Counted from the first letter of the whole stretch, positions 26,220-39,294 are shown. The stretch: 61,480 nucleotides of DNA, filler included, from Basidiobolus ranarum (GCA_040143965.1; 8 parts of 8 records of this genome joined end to end with filler, not necessarily neighbours in it); one strand, 5' to 3'. Numbers and translations are program-made. Notes: generated by a model from the sequence alone, not told the origin.

Positions 26220-27990
26220 ACAACCAATGATCACTTGTTTGTATGTACTCTATTTCTGACCACCAACAAGGATTCTTAGACATGCTATATTGATTTTGGA
26301 GCTACACAACATTGCACAAGTGAGAAATTTTGATATATGGATTATACAGAAATTCAAAATAGAAAGGTTTTCATATGTGATAAAGGTATCTTGAATGCTA
26401 TTGTAATAGGAACAACTCAAGACAATCCAACTGGTACTTTTAATGAGAAAGTATATATTCATAAGGATGTACTGCATGTTCCAGATATTGCAAAGAGTTT
26501 AATAACAGCATGCAAGGCTACCTCAGAAGGACTAAAATTCAATGTTGAAAAGCCAGAATGCAGCATCACCAATCAAAATGAGTACTATTTAGTATTGGGA
26601 GATAACAAAATAACTGATGTATAATTGTATATAATCCAAATAGTATATATGTAACTACTAATTATTCCTATCCTGATACTATTCCTTTATACCATAAGAG
26701 ATTAGGCTCTATTGGATTTGATGTTTAGAGTAAAGTGACCAATATTGTCTAATTTCTGCATTCAAATATTATCCTAATCAAAATGGAAATTGGCAAGATT
26801 TCTATATATTCAAAACAAATGAGGCAACCATTCAAGAGTTCTAGTTTAATCAAATCTGTCAAAAATTGGGATCCAACTTATTCTGCCATATATCTTTTAA
26901 AGTATTTGGGAGCTTGTTGGAAGTGGTATGGAGGATTAGAGAAATTAGCAGGTTTCTCTTCTTGATTTATCAAGTAGTAAGTTAACATTTATACCTTTGT
27001 AAAGATGGAAACATATCAACATGTAGAATGAATTAATAAAGGTGTCAGGGACCTGTATGCAAAGTGTTGAGCTTCTAACACAGGCTCAAAATGTATAAAG
27101 AGCTGATAAGTTATAAGTTGGTTTAACTATTCTATGTAAGTTCTGATTGAGGATAATGATTAGTATCTCAGTGTAATAGGGGATAACCAAATATTAAGCT
27201 ACATATGCCTATATTGATGTTTAGGCAATACTAATCTCAATATATATAAGATATACTTTAGTATGCTTTATATACAAAAAAGAAGATGCTCCTTCTATCT
27301 TGAGAGATTTCAAAACACTTTAGGAGACAGACACTGGACCTATGATTAAGAAAGTAGGTGCTGAAAATGGTGGAGAATATATGTTAGCACTATTTGATCA
27401 ACTGAGCAAGAGACTACAGTCCTAATCATCTCAACAAAATGGAGTTGCAGAGAAAACTACCACAATTATGATTGAAATTGCATAATCTATTATGGACATA
27501 CAAATAGAATCTTGTATTTTTTGGATGCAATCTATCATAATAGGTGGAAGTCTGAAAATTAAGTGTTACCCTAGAGGTCTGCCTATCTTTCTCACAATTT
27601 ATGCCTGGTTTAGAGCTAAAACTGATGCATAACATTTCAGAATCTTTGGGTGCATTGCTTGTGACAAAATCAATGCCAAAAATTAGTCAAAATTTGATCC
27701 AACTATTAAGATATGCATATTTCTGGGCTATTACACTCAAACTGAGGCTGCAGACTCTATGCTACCAAGTATAAAGTTAATCAAGTCCAGGAATGGCTTT
27801 ATGAAAAGGATACTTTTCACCCAAAATGACCTCAACTGGTAACAACAGTCAAATTTCAGCAGATCCATTTATATTAATAGATTCAAGCAGATATAATGAA
27901 GGGAATAGCATTGCTGCAGACTCTTCAGCTAAAATTGAGGCAATGGATGTGCCCTATACACTCTCAGAAATTGTGACACCTTTTTATACA
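26220..27990 (+). mobile_element. Decayed Ty1/Copia pol (protease-integrase region), interrupted by an LTR
   Basis: DVLHVPDIAKSLI, ENGGEY, HFRIFGC and KFD..FLGY motifs with many stops. Confidence 0.75.
26895..27242 (-). repeat. Copia LTR copy inserted in integrase region
   Basis: AAGTATTTGGGAGCTTGTTGGAAGTGG..TTAGGCAATACTAATCTCAA, ~348 bp. Confidence 0.85.
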
Positions 27991-28000
27991 ACCTGGAAAT

Positions 28001-28347
28001 TGTTGAAATTAGCATTTTCTAAAGCCCATATAGTCATTTATAACTTAGTACTTTGTTATCTTATATCTGACTAAGATATTATCCATGATTCTCAATTGGA
28101 AGTTGCTTGGAATATTTTTACCAAATCAGAAGCTCTGAGATATAAAGAGTTTTCAAACTTGTGCCAAAAGCCCCAGACTTTGCACATATATTCCTAGGAC
28201 CTTCCTTAACACATTCAACATGTTAGTGTGCTTACATCTTGGCAAAACCATAAATATCAACTTTCTACTCAATGAATCAACAAGTGAAAATCACCAATTT
28301 CTCTAATTCCCCAAACCACTTCAAACAGGCTCCCAAATACTTTAACA
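28001..28347 (+). repeat. Full Copia LTR copy (TG...CA)
   Basis: TGTTGAAATT...AAATACTTTAACA with short inverted termini. Confidence 0.88.
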
Positions 28348-28349
28348 AA

Positions 28350-28640
28350 TATCTGGAACATATAGCACATCCTTAAAAGTATAAACTCTCTCATTGGAAG
28401 CTCCAATTAAATTGACTTAAATTGTTCCCATTCCAATGGCTTTCAACATGTAGTCATCTTCAATGAAATCTTTCTAATTGGGATTTCTTCATTATCCACA
28501 AACCAATCTTTGTCATTTGTCAAATGCAGGGAAGCTCCAGAATCAGTATACCACATCTGAGAATCCTTGTTGGTAGTCATAGATAGAGCAGATATGAACA
28601 AGTGATGCTCTGTTGAAATCCCATTTCATTTTCAGTAAAT
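28350..28640 (-). mobile_element. Copia aspartic protease fragment
   Basis: QMWYTDSGASLHLTNDKDWF (W.xDSGASxH motif). Confidence 0.75.
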
Positions 28641-28699
28641 TTTCTTTTGCAATTCTTTTGAAGCAATCTCTACTTAAATTTGTTGGATAATTAATTTTT

Positions 28700-29094
28700 A
28701 TTCAACATCTTAATTAACTTTAGTTATGATACATATATCAGAAACAGAAAGTAATGTATCTGTTAGTACTCATTTTAGAAGCAATTGGGGATAAGCCTAC
28801 TCAGCATTATATGATCACTTGTCTATGTCAAGAAGTATTTAAAAGGAAAGACAAAAGTCAGCTTGCAGATGAAGTAAAACTACACAAGCATACTATTCTC
28901 AAAATAGCCAATTGGAAAGAATCATTGTGAAATGTTACAAATGTGGAAAACTGGGACACTTAGCACATTATTGCAGATTAAAGAAGAAATGGGCTTCAAA
29001 GAAAAAGGAAGCATATAACACGACTATAAGAGGAAATGAGCACTATGTACTTATAGCATCCTCACAATCAGGAAATGATTCTGCTGATATATAA
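28700..29094 (+). mobile_element. Retroelement gag fragment with zinc knuckle
   Basis: CYKCGKLGHLAHYC (CX2CX4HX4C). Confidence 0.75.
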
Positions 29095-30839
29095 TAAGTA
29101 GGAAGAATATCATCTATTGCTGTCTTATAATATTTTTACAGATCAAGAAAAAGAATAAGAATATTCAACCACCCATAGTCACATCAATACTTAACCTATT
29201 ACAGTAACTTTAGCTTTGATCCTAAACACCTGAGTTAGAGCTTTGCAACCATGCAAGAGTCATAAGATTTGATCAATTATTGATTGAACTACAACCATTT
29301 CAAAATTGCCAACACAAAAATCAACACTAGCATATATTCAGAACATGGGAATTCAGGCCCTCAAAATGCTCATGAAATTAGTGCTAACTTCTGACCCAGC
29401 CTACAGATTTTTTTCACATTTTGCACAAAACTGCAATAGTACTTGATGCTGGGGTGTTCAAAGTTTGAGAGCCACCACTGCTACATTAGTGATCTTACTG
29501 GCACTTTGGTGTTAAGCCACCCATTCATAGCATATATACTCAGCTACCAATTCATAGCACTTAATCTAGGCTATTTCTTTATACAAGCAATGCTTCCCCT
29601 ATTGAAAAGGCTTCTGTCCTTAGCACCATCCAAAACTGCACCATATTCTTTATCTTTTCTTTAAGTAGATATTCTACCCTGTATCATAGTATGATAATAA
29701 AGATACCTATTGCAGCTCAACTAGGCCTGACTATTGAAGATTGCAGTTCAGATTCTTTCATAGATATCTTCACTTTTACAGCCACAGAATATACTTCACT
29801 CTTAATCAAAATCTTTGCCAATCTTAAAAGAACTACATATTTTTCTTCAGACTTCAAGTTAGAGAAACCACCAGAGTTTTATCTACTCTTGCAGTATTGA
29901 AGATTCTTCATAGTTCTATCATTGGAAATAATCTTTTCTCAGAAAGCCTTCAAGCTGTTGACATACTGTAGTGTTTCTTTATCACTTAAAGACAGAGTAA
30001 AGGATATATCTACTATAGAAATTTTTAAGATTCCAGTATAAAAGATTCAGCTTTGCTGGAGATTTGTAGTGGGATGAAGCTGTATTACCCTATCAAAAAT
30101 AAAATCAATTTGATCCAGATTGGATCCAACCTCCTACAGAGCAAAGCCATCAGAGATCCGTCAAAATATTGATGGCTTGCATTCTGCAGGGATTTTGATG
30201 GTGTGATGGTGGTTTCTTGATGGTATATTGACTATATTCATACATGTTAAGATATTGATCCTCATATTTGGCATGTCTTATTTAATATCCGGCAATTTTT
30301 GTAGAAATCTAATTTTCAAATGGCAAATTACTGGGTTTACTGCTATAGCAATTCTAATTAATGTGCATGCCTTTATTTAGATATTTTAGGCTTTATATTC
30401 CAGCCATAATGAGAATCAAAAAATACAAGAATGTTGTTGTGTTTAGTCTCTAAATATGCACTTGCTTGACCGATCAGACATAACTCTACAACATCAATAT
30501 GCTTACCAGCAGACTAATGGTGGGAAAATTGCTAAACATCTGAAATTTTGAATGGCACTGACACTTGGCAAATAGCTGACTCTTGTTACCATTCATAATT
30601 AGAATAAGCTCTTGGATTTTGGCCAATTTCCATAAAGAATTCAGCCAATATATCCCCAACTTGCAGTCAACAAATGTCCTGCCACAAGTAGATGTGTCAT
30701 TGCTTAAATAGATTACCCCATGGCTAAAACAATAATACTNNNNNNNNNNNNNNNNNNNNNNNNNNNNNNNNNNNNNNNNNNNNTTAATTAATTAANNNNN
30801 NNNNNNNNNNNNNNNNNNNNNNNNNNNNNNNNNNNNNNN

Positions 30840-31601
30840 GGTTGGTGGTCTTTCTATTGGCATACCTGGAGAAATTCGGGGTTTCGAGTTGGCTCATAAA
30901 AAATACGGTCGCATCTCATGAGACAAGTTGTTTCAACCGGTGATTCGACTATCTCGTAATGGTTTCAATATGTTATCGAAGGATCAAGGAGCTCTAAGAC
31001 GGCATAACATTTCAGACACAAGAACTTTTCCAGTTGAATATTACCAACCAAGTTACCAGCATAAAAATACCCCAGGTACCATACATTTATCGACCATGGA
31101 TAAAGAAGGTGGAGCAGTGGCTTTGACCACCACTATCAATCTTGAATTTGGATCTAAAGTTATGGATCATGAAACAGGTATTGTTTTCAATAATGACATG
31201 GATGATTTCTCTTCACCTGGATTGGTGAATGTATTTGGGTTCCTTCCATCACCAGACAATTTTATCCAACCTGGTAAACGTCCACTCTCATCCATGTCAC
31301 CAGCATAGTAGAGACCGACGGGTATCCATCTTTAGCAGTGGGTGCTAGTGGTGGTAGTTACATAACAACGGCAACCATCCAAGCCATTCTCAATATATAC
31401 GATTTGGCTGGAAGTGTCAATAAAGCAATTGCTGCACCTCGTGCTCATCATCAGCTAATGCCGGATGAAGTGACTGTAGAGCCACAATACGTTGAACATT
31501 GCATTAAATCTTTGGAAGCACTCGGACACAACGTTACCAGATTAGCTACCACACAATGTGTTGTTCAAGCAGTTTACAGACTACCAAGTGGATATTTCTA
31601 G
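30840..31601 (+). pseudogene. Gamma-glutamyltranspeptidase pseudogene (nonsense codon, frameshift, large internal deletion)
   Basis: GGLSIGIPGEIRGFELAHKKYGRIS* then LFQPVIRLSRNGF jumps to GTIHLS..TTTINLEFGS..NNDMDDFS..PGKRPLSSMSP; frameshift near 31308; GASGGSYI. Confidence 0.85.
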
Positions 31602-31887
31602 ATTACTTGTCAATTAATGCAAACAAATAAATAGGCCTTGAGCTTTGTAGTACTTTCTCCTCTGTTTGATATTTTACTTTGAAACTTTCTTCACTTATGT
31701 CCTGGATCCTTGCTTTCCTTGTTTGCTGAAAATATAAAGATTTCCAATTCTTTTCTTAGGCCAGACACTGCCAGTCTTGAGAGATTATGGTCAGTGAAGG
31801 ACTTCAGCTTTCCATAGCCAGTTTTATTCAACTTTGCTGAAAAATTTCTGTTTATTGAACTAAATTGCCTCACATGTGCCATGCAAC

Positions 31888-32235
31888 TGTTAAAATATTT
31901 GGGAGCCTGTTGGAAGTGGTTGGGAGAATTAGAGATATTGGTGGTTTTCACTAATTAATTTACTGAGTGGAAAGTTGACATTAATAGTTTTGTCAAGATA
32001 TAAGCAAACTAACATGTAGAATATGTTACCAAAGGTCCCAGGAACACTTGTGCAAAGTTTGCAGCTTCTAGCACAAGTTTGAAAAATCTATTCATCTGAG
32101 AACTTTCAAGTTGGTAATAATATTCTTAGTAAATCCCAATTGATAATAATGGGTAGTATCTTGGTGAAATATAAGATAACTAAGTATTAAACGTAATATG
32201 GATATATAGGTGCTTAGGCAATGCTGGTTTCAGCA
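31888..32235 (-). repeat. 3' LTR of a minus-strand Copia element, with adjacent polypurine tract (32236-32244)
   Basis: TG..CA termini; on the minus strand GAGGGAGAG directly precedes the LTR. Confidence 0.85.
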
Positions 32236-32275
32236 CTCTCCCTCAACTAAATAGTCATATAAACTAATACTAAGG

Positions 32276-32623
32276 TATTCAAGTATTTGAGAGCATGTTG
32301 GAAATGGTTTGGAGATTTAGAGAAATTGGAGGTTTTCATTTATTGATTTATTGAGTAGAAAGTTGATATCTATAGTTTTGTCAAGATGTAAACAAACCAA
32401 CATCTAATATGTGTTAAGAAAGATCTTGGGAACATGTGACCAAAGTTTGGGGCTTCTAGCACAAGTTTGAAAAATCTGTATATTGGAGAACTTCCAAGTT
32501 GGTAAAAATATTCTAAGCAAATTCCAATTGAGAATAATGGATAATATCTTAGTGAATTATTAAAAAGCTAAGTACTAATATTTATATGACTCTATTGGTG
32601 CTTAGGTAATGCTAATTTCAACA
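32276..32623 (-). repeat. Nested solo LTR with 5-bp target-site duplication TAAGG
   Basis: TAAGG at 32271-32275 and 32624-32628 flank a 348-bp family copy. Confidence 0.88.
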
Positions 32624-32629
32624 TAAGGA

Positions 32630-34150
32630 TGGTCTAAATTTGTCAAATTTCTGTCTAGCTAATGATATGGCTAATATGTTAGTAATCATGTCTTCTGTAG
32701 AATAGTAAGTCAAGTCATGAAACTTATACTCTATAGTCTCTCTAATGAAATGATGTCAAATATATATATGGTTGCTTCTATTTTGACACAAGGGATTTCC
32801 AGAAAATGTGCTACAACTTTGATTATGTTGAAATATTGTAGTTGGTGAATTTCCTATACAAACTAAACCTGTTAAGAGTTTTCTAAACCATATTGCTTCA
32901 TTTGTTGCCTAATAGGCAGCCTTTTATTCTGCTTCTGTTGTTAAAAGTGCTAAGGTTGGTTGTTTCTTTGAATTCCAAGAAATAGCTCCTTCAGAGCAAA
33001 TGAATAATTAGCCTGTAGTAAATCTTGTCTTCAATATCTCACACCTAATTAGCATCTGAATATCCCATCAGATCAAAGTTTAATCCAGAATATGAGTGTT
33101 TAAGCACATATCCACAGTACCTTTCAAGTATTGGAAGATCTACTTACCTGCTATGATCTGATAAGATCCATAATTTTGTAGATATTTGCACATAACTGTC
33201 ACAGAATATGCAATATCTGGCCTGTTCCAACCATGATATATATCAAACTACCAACCATAGATTGATAAGGAAATTTTTGGCTTTTATCTGAATCTAAAAA
33301 TGTGTGATGTGTGCCATTTTTGGTCAAGTTAAGATTTGTCTCCATTGGGGTAGATACTGGATTACATTCTTCCATTTTAAACTTCTTTAGTGTATCTAGG
33401 ATATACTTGGACTGGTTTAAAGTTATAGCTTTGGTAGCCCTATCTATGTTAATTTGGACTCCAAGATAGTACATCTGTTCATCAAGATCAGTAATTTTGA
33501 ATACAGCAGATAAGCTGTATTTAGTTCTCTCCTAAGTCTTTAAGTTTTTGGTTGTTATAATAAGGTCATCTATGTATAAGGCAAATAGAGCTGAGTTTGT
33601 CTTATCTGGCCTGAAGTAGGTATTATAGTCAGTTTTACTCTTTTGGAATTTGAGTGTTTCCAAAAAAGCATCTATCTTGCTATTCAAGGATCTGGAGATT
33701 GTTTTAAGCCATAGAGTGTTTTCAGAGTTGGCAAACTCTCTTAGAGTTTTCTGAGCTAGGCTTGTCTTATGTGGACTGAGGTAGACACTATAGTTAACAT
33801 TACTTTTTAGGGCTTTCTGGGTCCACAAATCTATATGGCTGGTCCATAGAGTTCTCCTCAGCAAGCTAATCATTCAAAAAAGCAGTTTCAACATCTGTTT
33901 GATATGTAATAAACTGATATTTAGCTGGAATTGCTAAAATCAATCTAAATGAATTAGACTTTGCTACACCTAACATGCCTTCTTAGCAGTTTTAGCTCTA
34001 GAACATTGAATTAGTAATTTGTCTTGAACATTCAGACAAATTGTGTTAAAGGCACATTCTTCTTTTTTAACCCAGAGTAAAACTTTGGTTTTATATATTT
34101 TGCATTGTTTTATTCTCCTTTAACAGTGTCCCAGTGTCATTTTTCTTGCA
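32630..34150 (-). mobile_element. Decayed Copia reverse transcriptase + RNase H
   Basis: ALYIDDLII, YYLGVQI..LNQSKYI..F.MEECNPVSTPM, YQSMVGSL, GYSDA, GAISWNSKKQPTLAL.TTEAE. Confidence 0.9.
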
Positions 34151-34266
34151 GCAGCATTTTCATTTTGCAAACCTGATAAATGGTTCCATCCAATTCATCA
34201 AGAAGGAAAAATTCCATAAATTTGAGAAGTATACATTATAGAGAGTGCAAGCTTTGGACTCATAAC

Positions 34267-34603
34267 TGGTTAAAGTATTTGTGGGCTTGTTGGAAGTGGT
34301 TTGGAGAAGTAGAGAAATTGGTGGTCTCACTTATTGATTTACTGCACAAAAAGTTGATATTTATAATTTGTCAAGATATAAGTAAACTAAAGTGTACAAT
34401 GTGTTAAGAAAGGTCCCAGGAACAAGTGTGCAAAGTCTGGGGCTTCTAGCACAAGTTTGAAAAATCTACATATATGACAACTTCTAAGTTGGTATAAACA
34501 TATCAAGTAATATCTGATTGAGAATAATGGGTAATAACTTGGTAAATTAAAAGATAGCTTAATACTAAGCTATATATGACTATATTGGTTCTTAAGCAAT
34601 GCT
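34267..34603 (-). repeat. Copia LTR copy (one end eroded)
   Basis: TTAAAGTATTTGTGGGCTTGTTGGAAGTGG.. family match. Confidence 0.85.
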
Positions 34604-35012
34604 TTACCCATGCCAGAATTGTAATGAATGGACTTAGGCATCTAAGTACACCAATGCTGTGTATGGTACATTTACATTGTGTGCATATCATATCAAAGTA
34701 GAGTGGCTGAAAGTAAAACTGCTACTTATATATATAAATCAGTAAAAAGGCAGTGATCAAGGAGTGGCACTACCTGCTTGAATTCTATCTGATGTGAGCC
34801 TATTTTATTTGACCTGGCTTTATAAATGCTTGAAGCAGAAAAGCCTGCAATGGGTCAGATAGACTACCAGCTATATCTTTGATATGCCTGTTGCTTTGAT
34901 ATTTCCTTCCTTAATGCCTACAAACCTGGCTTTTAGTCCATTATCCATTTAGTTTCTCCTGCCTTCCTTCCCTTTTACTACTACTTGCACCTACAAGCAC
35001 CATATCTACATC

Positions 35013-35270
35013 ATGAAAACTGGAATACATTGACAGTTGAGTCAATAAAGGATAGGATCCCTAACTTGACTATGTGTTAAGAGGATGTTGTCCTAATTCT
35101 CACTTAATTTAGATTTAGATATAATTCACCTCTAAACACTATATCAACATCCATAAAACTTGAATATATCAATAGCTGAGTCAATGGAAGATATGATCCT
35201 ATACTTTCAGAGCATCTTAGGAGATTGCTGTCCTAATTCTTACTCTATTTGGATGAGGATATAAGCCAAA
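35013..35270 (+). pseudogene. Decayed leucine-rich-repeat-like coding remnant (two ~139-bp units)
   Basis: Units KLEYIDS*VN..CCPN and KLEYINS*VN..CCPN at ~35017 and ~35156. Confidence 0.4.
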
Positions 35271-36203
35271 TGATTTTCATATGACTGGTGAATTTATGCC
35301 CCAAAAGATTTAAGCATCTCATGTAGTAAACTGAAAGCTGTGACTTTTGAAATGTATGCTACTTTGGCAGCAATTTCCTAGGTTATGCAAACTTACATGT
35401 TGGCGCAGAAGTTAAAACCAATTTAGTCAGGATTGCTAGGTAATAATGAATATAAATGATACTATCTTGAGATTAATTTTTTAACAGAAGAGGCTCTCTA
35501 TTACTGAGTTTCTTTCCAATACCTAAGTGAACTCAGAATAGTAATGATCACTTACTGATCAACTGCTCTCATATATATACTAATTGTGCCAACTCACAGA
35601 CATTTACATACTTGCTCAGATTGATTGACATCATGCCCCAGCCTGTAAATGTCAAAGTTCCTTAGTGGTGCAGTAGCATACACTTGCTGATCCCATGTTC
35701 AGGAAAATATATACACACCTAATTGCATGTAGATAGATGGCTATTTACACATGTAACTTGGCTAACCACAAAGTATTTAACATAACATATGATTTATCTA
35801 TGTTATTTGGCATATGATGAGCTATAATTAGTTGCCATATGCATCATTGGGTAGGTTGCATTATATAGGGTTAGGCTATGTAACACTGTAGATCACAGCA
35901 ATTTCCATTCTTACCTAGGGCCAACTATATTGGATTTGCTCAGGTTAGTTCACAAAATAGAGGATGGTGCTATAACATCAAATAATTGATTGTGAAATTA
36001 AAAGACTTGTTTCATTTTATTGAGCCAGATCAGGCCAGCCAAAAAGTGAGCCAGTACAAATTAGCATGCTTGTGCACTATCCAGCACAATGTTATTTACC
36101 ATTTTGGAAACAGTTTATTTTACATATGTGGTATATTTAGGAAAAGTACTTTTAGACATTATTGCACATTCAAAAGATGATGAAAGCATTATTCATAGTG
36201 TCT

Positions 36204-37124
36204 TTAGTCTAGAGCTCTCAATGGACATCTCTGAGTATGAATGTATTGAGAATTAATCAAGATTCTGATGACTTTGCCTAACTTTGATTGAGGCTCACAA
36301 AATGATTTTCCTTTATACCTTTTTGCTACAATGTTATATCTCTTTAAGAAGCCAATGCTATGTTATACTCTTGCTCTAAAATGAGAAAAAATGTCATTAT
36401 AAAGCATTTGCCTCTCTGTGAGTATCTCTCCTGTGGGCCTCTTGTTAGCTGTGACACATCCTAGACTTCTGCATTCTTCCCCAACATGTGCCAAAGCAGC
36501 CATAGTCTTCTCATATCTTACAAATGGTGCATGCCTCTCAACCCAAAGCCTTTTGTGAGGGTGTCTCCCTGGATGTGGCCCACCAAACCAAATGATGTTT
36601 CCTTCCAAATCTGTCAAAGCCAGGAACTTTACACAGTGGGCTTTGTGCTTGCTAGAATATAATGGCTTTTGGTTGCTTTTAGGTCTGTTAATTCTTACAG
36701 GAAATGTGTTAAGAATACTTTGGATATGAACTCTATTGGGAAATACTCCAGGAAATGGAAGGAAATTAAAGTCTCTAAATCTTTTGTCCCAGGCACCTTC
36801 AACATCATTCATCACTGAAGCTAGATAATTCTCACTTACTGGAAGCCTGGTATGTAAGCTTCTCCCACTTTTGCTACCATTAATAGTGCACCAAAATGTG
36901 ATTGGACAATAGTTCTTGTAGTAACAAAACAAATTGACTAGCTGCTTTCTGGTAGGTATTGGAGTATATGAGCCACAGTATTTCTCAAATATAGCTTCTA
37001 GGGTGGTGATAGGAAAGCCAGTAGTTGCTTTTGGATTAATGAGGAATGACCATTTAGAGTAGATGGAGAGCATGATATTAATCTTGTATTGAGTTGACAT
37101 GATAGTGATTGATCTGGCATGCAT
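36204..37124 (-). mobile_element. PIF/Harbinger-ISL2EU (IS5-like, DDE_Tnp_4) transposase, inactivated
   Basis: PVRINRPK..LYSSKHKAHCVKFLALTDLEGNIIWFGGPHPG, KRP.GE.LT.RQ..YN..FS.FRARV*HSIGFLKRY. The catalytic positions read N/H/A, and the Glu codon is TAA. Confidence 0.82.
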
Positions 37125-37512
37125 GAGCTATTTCTATTATCATGGTAAAAATCCCTACATTCTGTATAATAAAATTTCTGTTTGCATTTAATATCCTAAT
37201 TATTGCAATTATGTGTAATTGCAGGGAAATTATATAATAAACTGCATCAGCAAAGTTAATCATAGTTCAATCCAAATCAATTTATTTAGCATACATATTT
37301 AAACAGCTCAAAGTGGAATGCATTATGCTTGATCACACTATAGGAAATTAACTTTGACATTTTACCCAATAATATAAAAGATACCTAATTCTGATTGTAA
37401 CCAATAAAGTCTAACATCATAGATATGAATGGTAGTTATGTATCATGTCAAAACAGATTCTTCCTGATTCACAACCTACTTTGGTACAGGAAACCACCAC
37501 TTCCAAAATTTC

Positions 37513-38273
37513 ATGCACACAGTCAAATGAAGGTGTGGGAGGTGCAAAGCCATATGAGCCTAATGATTTTATAGATGCCCAGGTATCCACTATGAATTCT
37601 TGCTTGGATGTGTGAGAGTTATTGAAAACTTGACAGAAGCTGGGGAAGGGAGCATTAGACAAAAGTGGAAGCAACTTTTGACTCTGCTTTGGAGAGAATA
37701 CTATATCTTCATGCCTTCAGAAGTCTGCAAGAAAATATACAATAAGACTCATGAGGATAGAAAGCATGAATTGGGAAATAGGAATTTTGATTTTGAGTCC
37801 GCAAAGACACAATTCCAATTGCATTTTTGCTTGTATGGACTGGAAGCAACCATTGCAGCCTTAACTTTAGTGACAAAAGATGTTCTAAATAGATATCTGC
37901 CACTACTCAATGAGACTTTGCAGCAACTGTTGATGGAGGTTGCAGAGTTCAAAACAACATTTCAGGACACTATGGCAAGAGTAATCAACAGAGGTGTAAA
38001 GAGAAAGCAAGACAATTTATTGAATCTGAAGATATTCCCAAAGGCAAATTGGAGCAGTCTAGACTGTTGAATAGACCTACTAGATCACTCCAAATCAAAG
38101 AAACTCCTGACAAGGTATCTATTTCACAAGAAGAATCTACACAACTCATCACTAGAATTGAGGTAACACCTCCAACAAGGGCAAGAGCCCAACAAGTTGG
38201 TTCATCAGCTAGTAGTACTATTGGGAAAATATGGGCTTTTTGGAGGAACTTTGGAAAGTGGAGTTGTGAATAA
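37513..38273 (+). pseudogene. Divergent second ORF (Cys-rich N-terminus), probably the transposon's accessory gene
   Basis: In frame with ORF 37600: MHTVK*RCGRCKAI*A**FYRCPG..LGCVR. TGA stops are consistent with CGA decay, and CpG loss matches the transposase. Confidence 0.45.
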
Positions 38274-39294
38274 CTTTGTGCAATAATTATTTATTGTCCA
38301 GAAATGAAGCATTTATACATTTTGGTGGGAATACAGAAAACTAACACTGGGGTTGTGTTCAGAACATCTGTGGGAGTAAAATGAGCTATCTTTGGGGCAA
38401 TTTGGACAAGTTTGAAATTTCCAATATGGANNNNNNNNNNNNNNNNNNNNNNNNNNNNNNNNNNNNNNNNNNNNTTAATTAATTAANNNNNNNNNNNNNN
38501 NNNNNNNNNNNNNNNNNNNNNNNNNNNNNNCCTTTTTCCATGCCTTTTTCCATGCTGTCCTAAACCTTAATCCCATCTTGACTGTCTTCCAAAACACTTC
38601 AACCCTAGCATCCCTGAATTCGCCTATTTCTCATTGGGTGTCTAGAAACATCATTCGTTCAATATATGTGGATTCTTAGGGTTAGGATTAAGGGTACCTA
38701 GGTAAGGCAATCTCAGCAGTCGACTTGCGTTTCATTCTATGTGGTGTCTCAATAAATGACTACACCAAACTCAATTCTAACCTTCCTGAGCAGGATCTTG
38801 TTTGGATCGTTATCGCATCCTTTCAAGGTGGTCTTAGTTTAAAATTTCCCCTAGGATTAGAATCACACAAACACATTGTTTACTTGCAGGTGATTCTACC
38901 CCTAGATAATGACTGTCTCGCTGTAGGTTCAGTGTAGATCTGGACCGCTGCTAACCACAGCGAATGGGCTCCCAATATACTATTTTTAAAGTTGAATATC
39001 AACAAGGCCGATGAATGCTAGGACAATTTCACGAATAAATGATGAAAACAATGCTAAACTCTGATATCATATGCATATGTGCACAACTATTTAATAAATA
39101 ATGAATGTTTTCGTAGTATCCCAGGTAGTAAAATACATTAGTAAAATCCATACTTTGTAATATAGATTGTAACTCATTAGAGAGCCAAAATGTTTCACAC
39201 GCCAATATCGGACGATCTGTTCTGCATTCTTATAAATACCAATGCCACCAAAGGCGTGGTCTCTGAGAGAGTTGAAATTCTCTTACAACCACAA

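Noticed and set aside
30900..30925. In-frame TGA as selenocysteine or recoding
   Set aside because: It replaces a conserved Trp in a gene that also has a frameshift and a deletion.
37582..37636. GTATCC as a U12-type intron donor
   Set aside because: The frame reads through without splicing, and there is no TCCTTAAC branch site.
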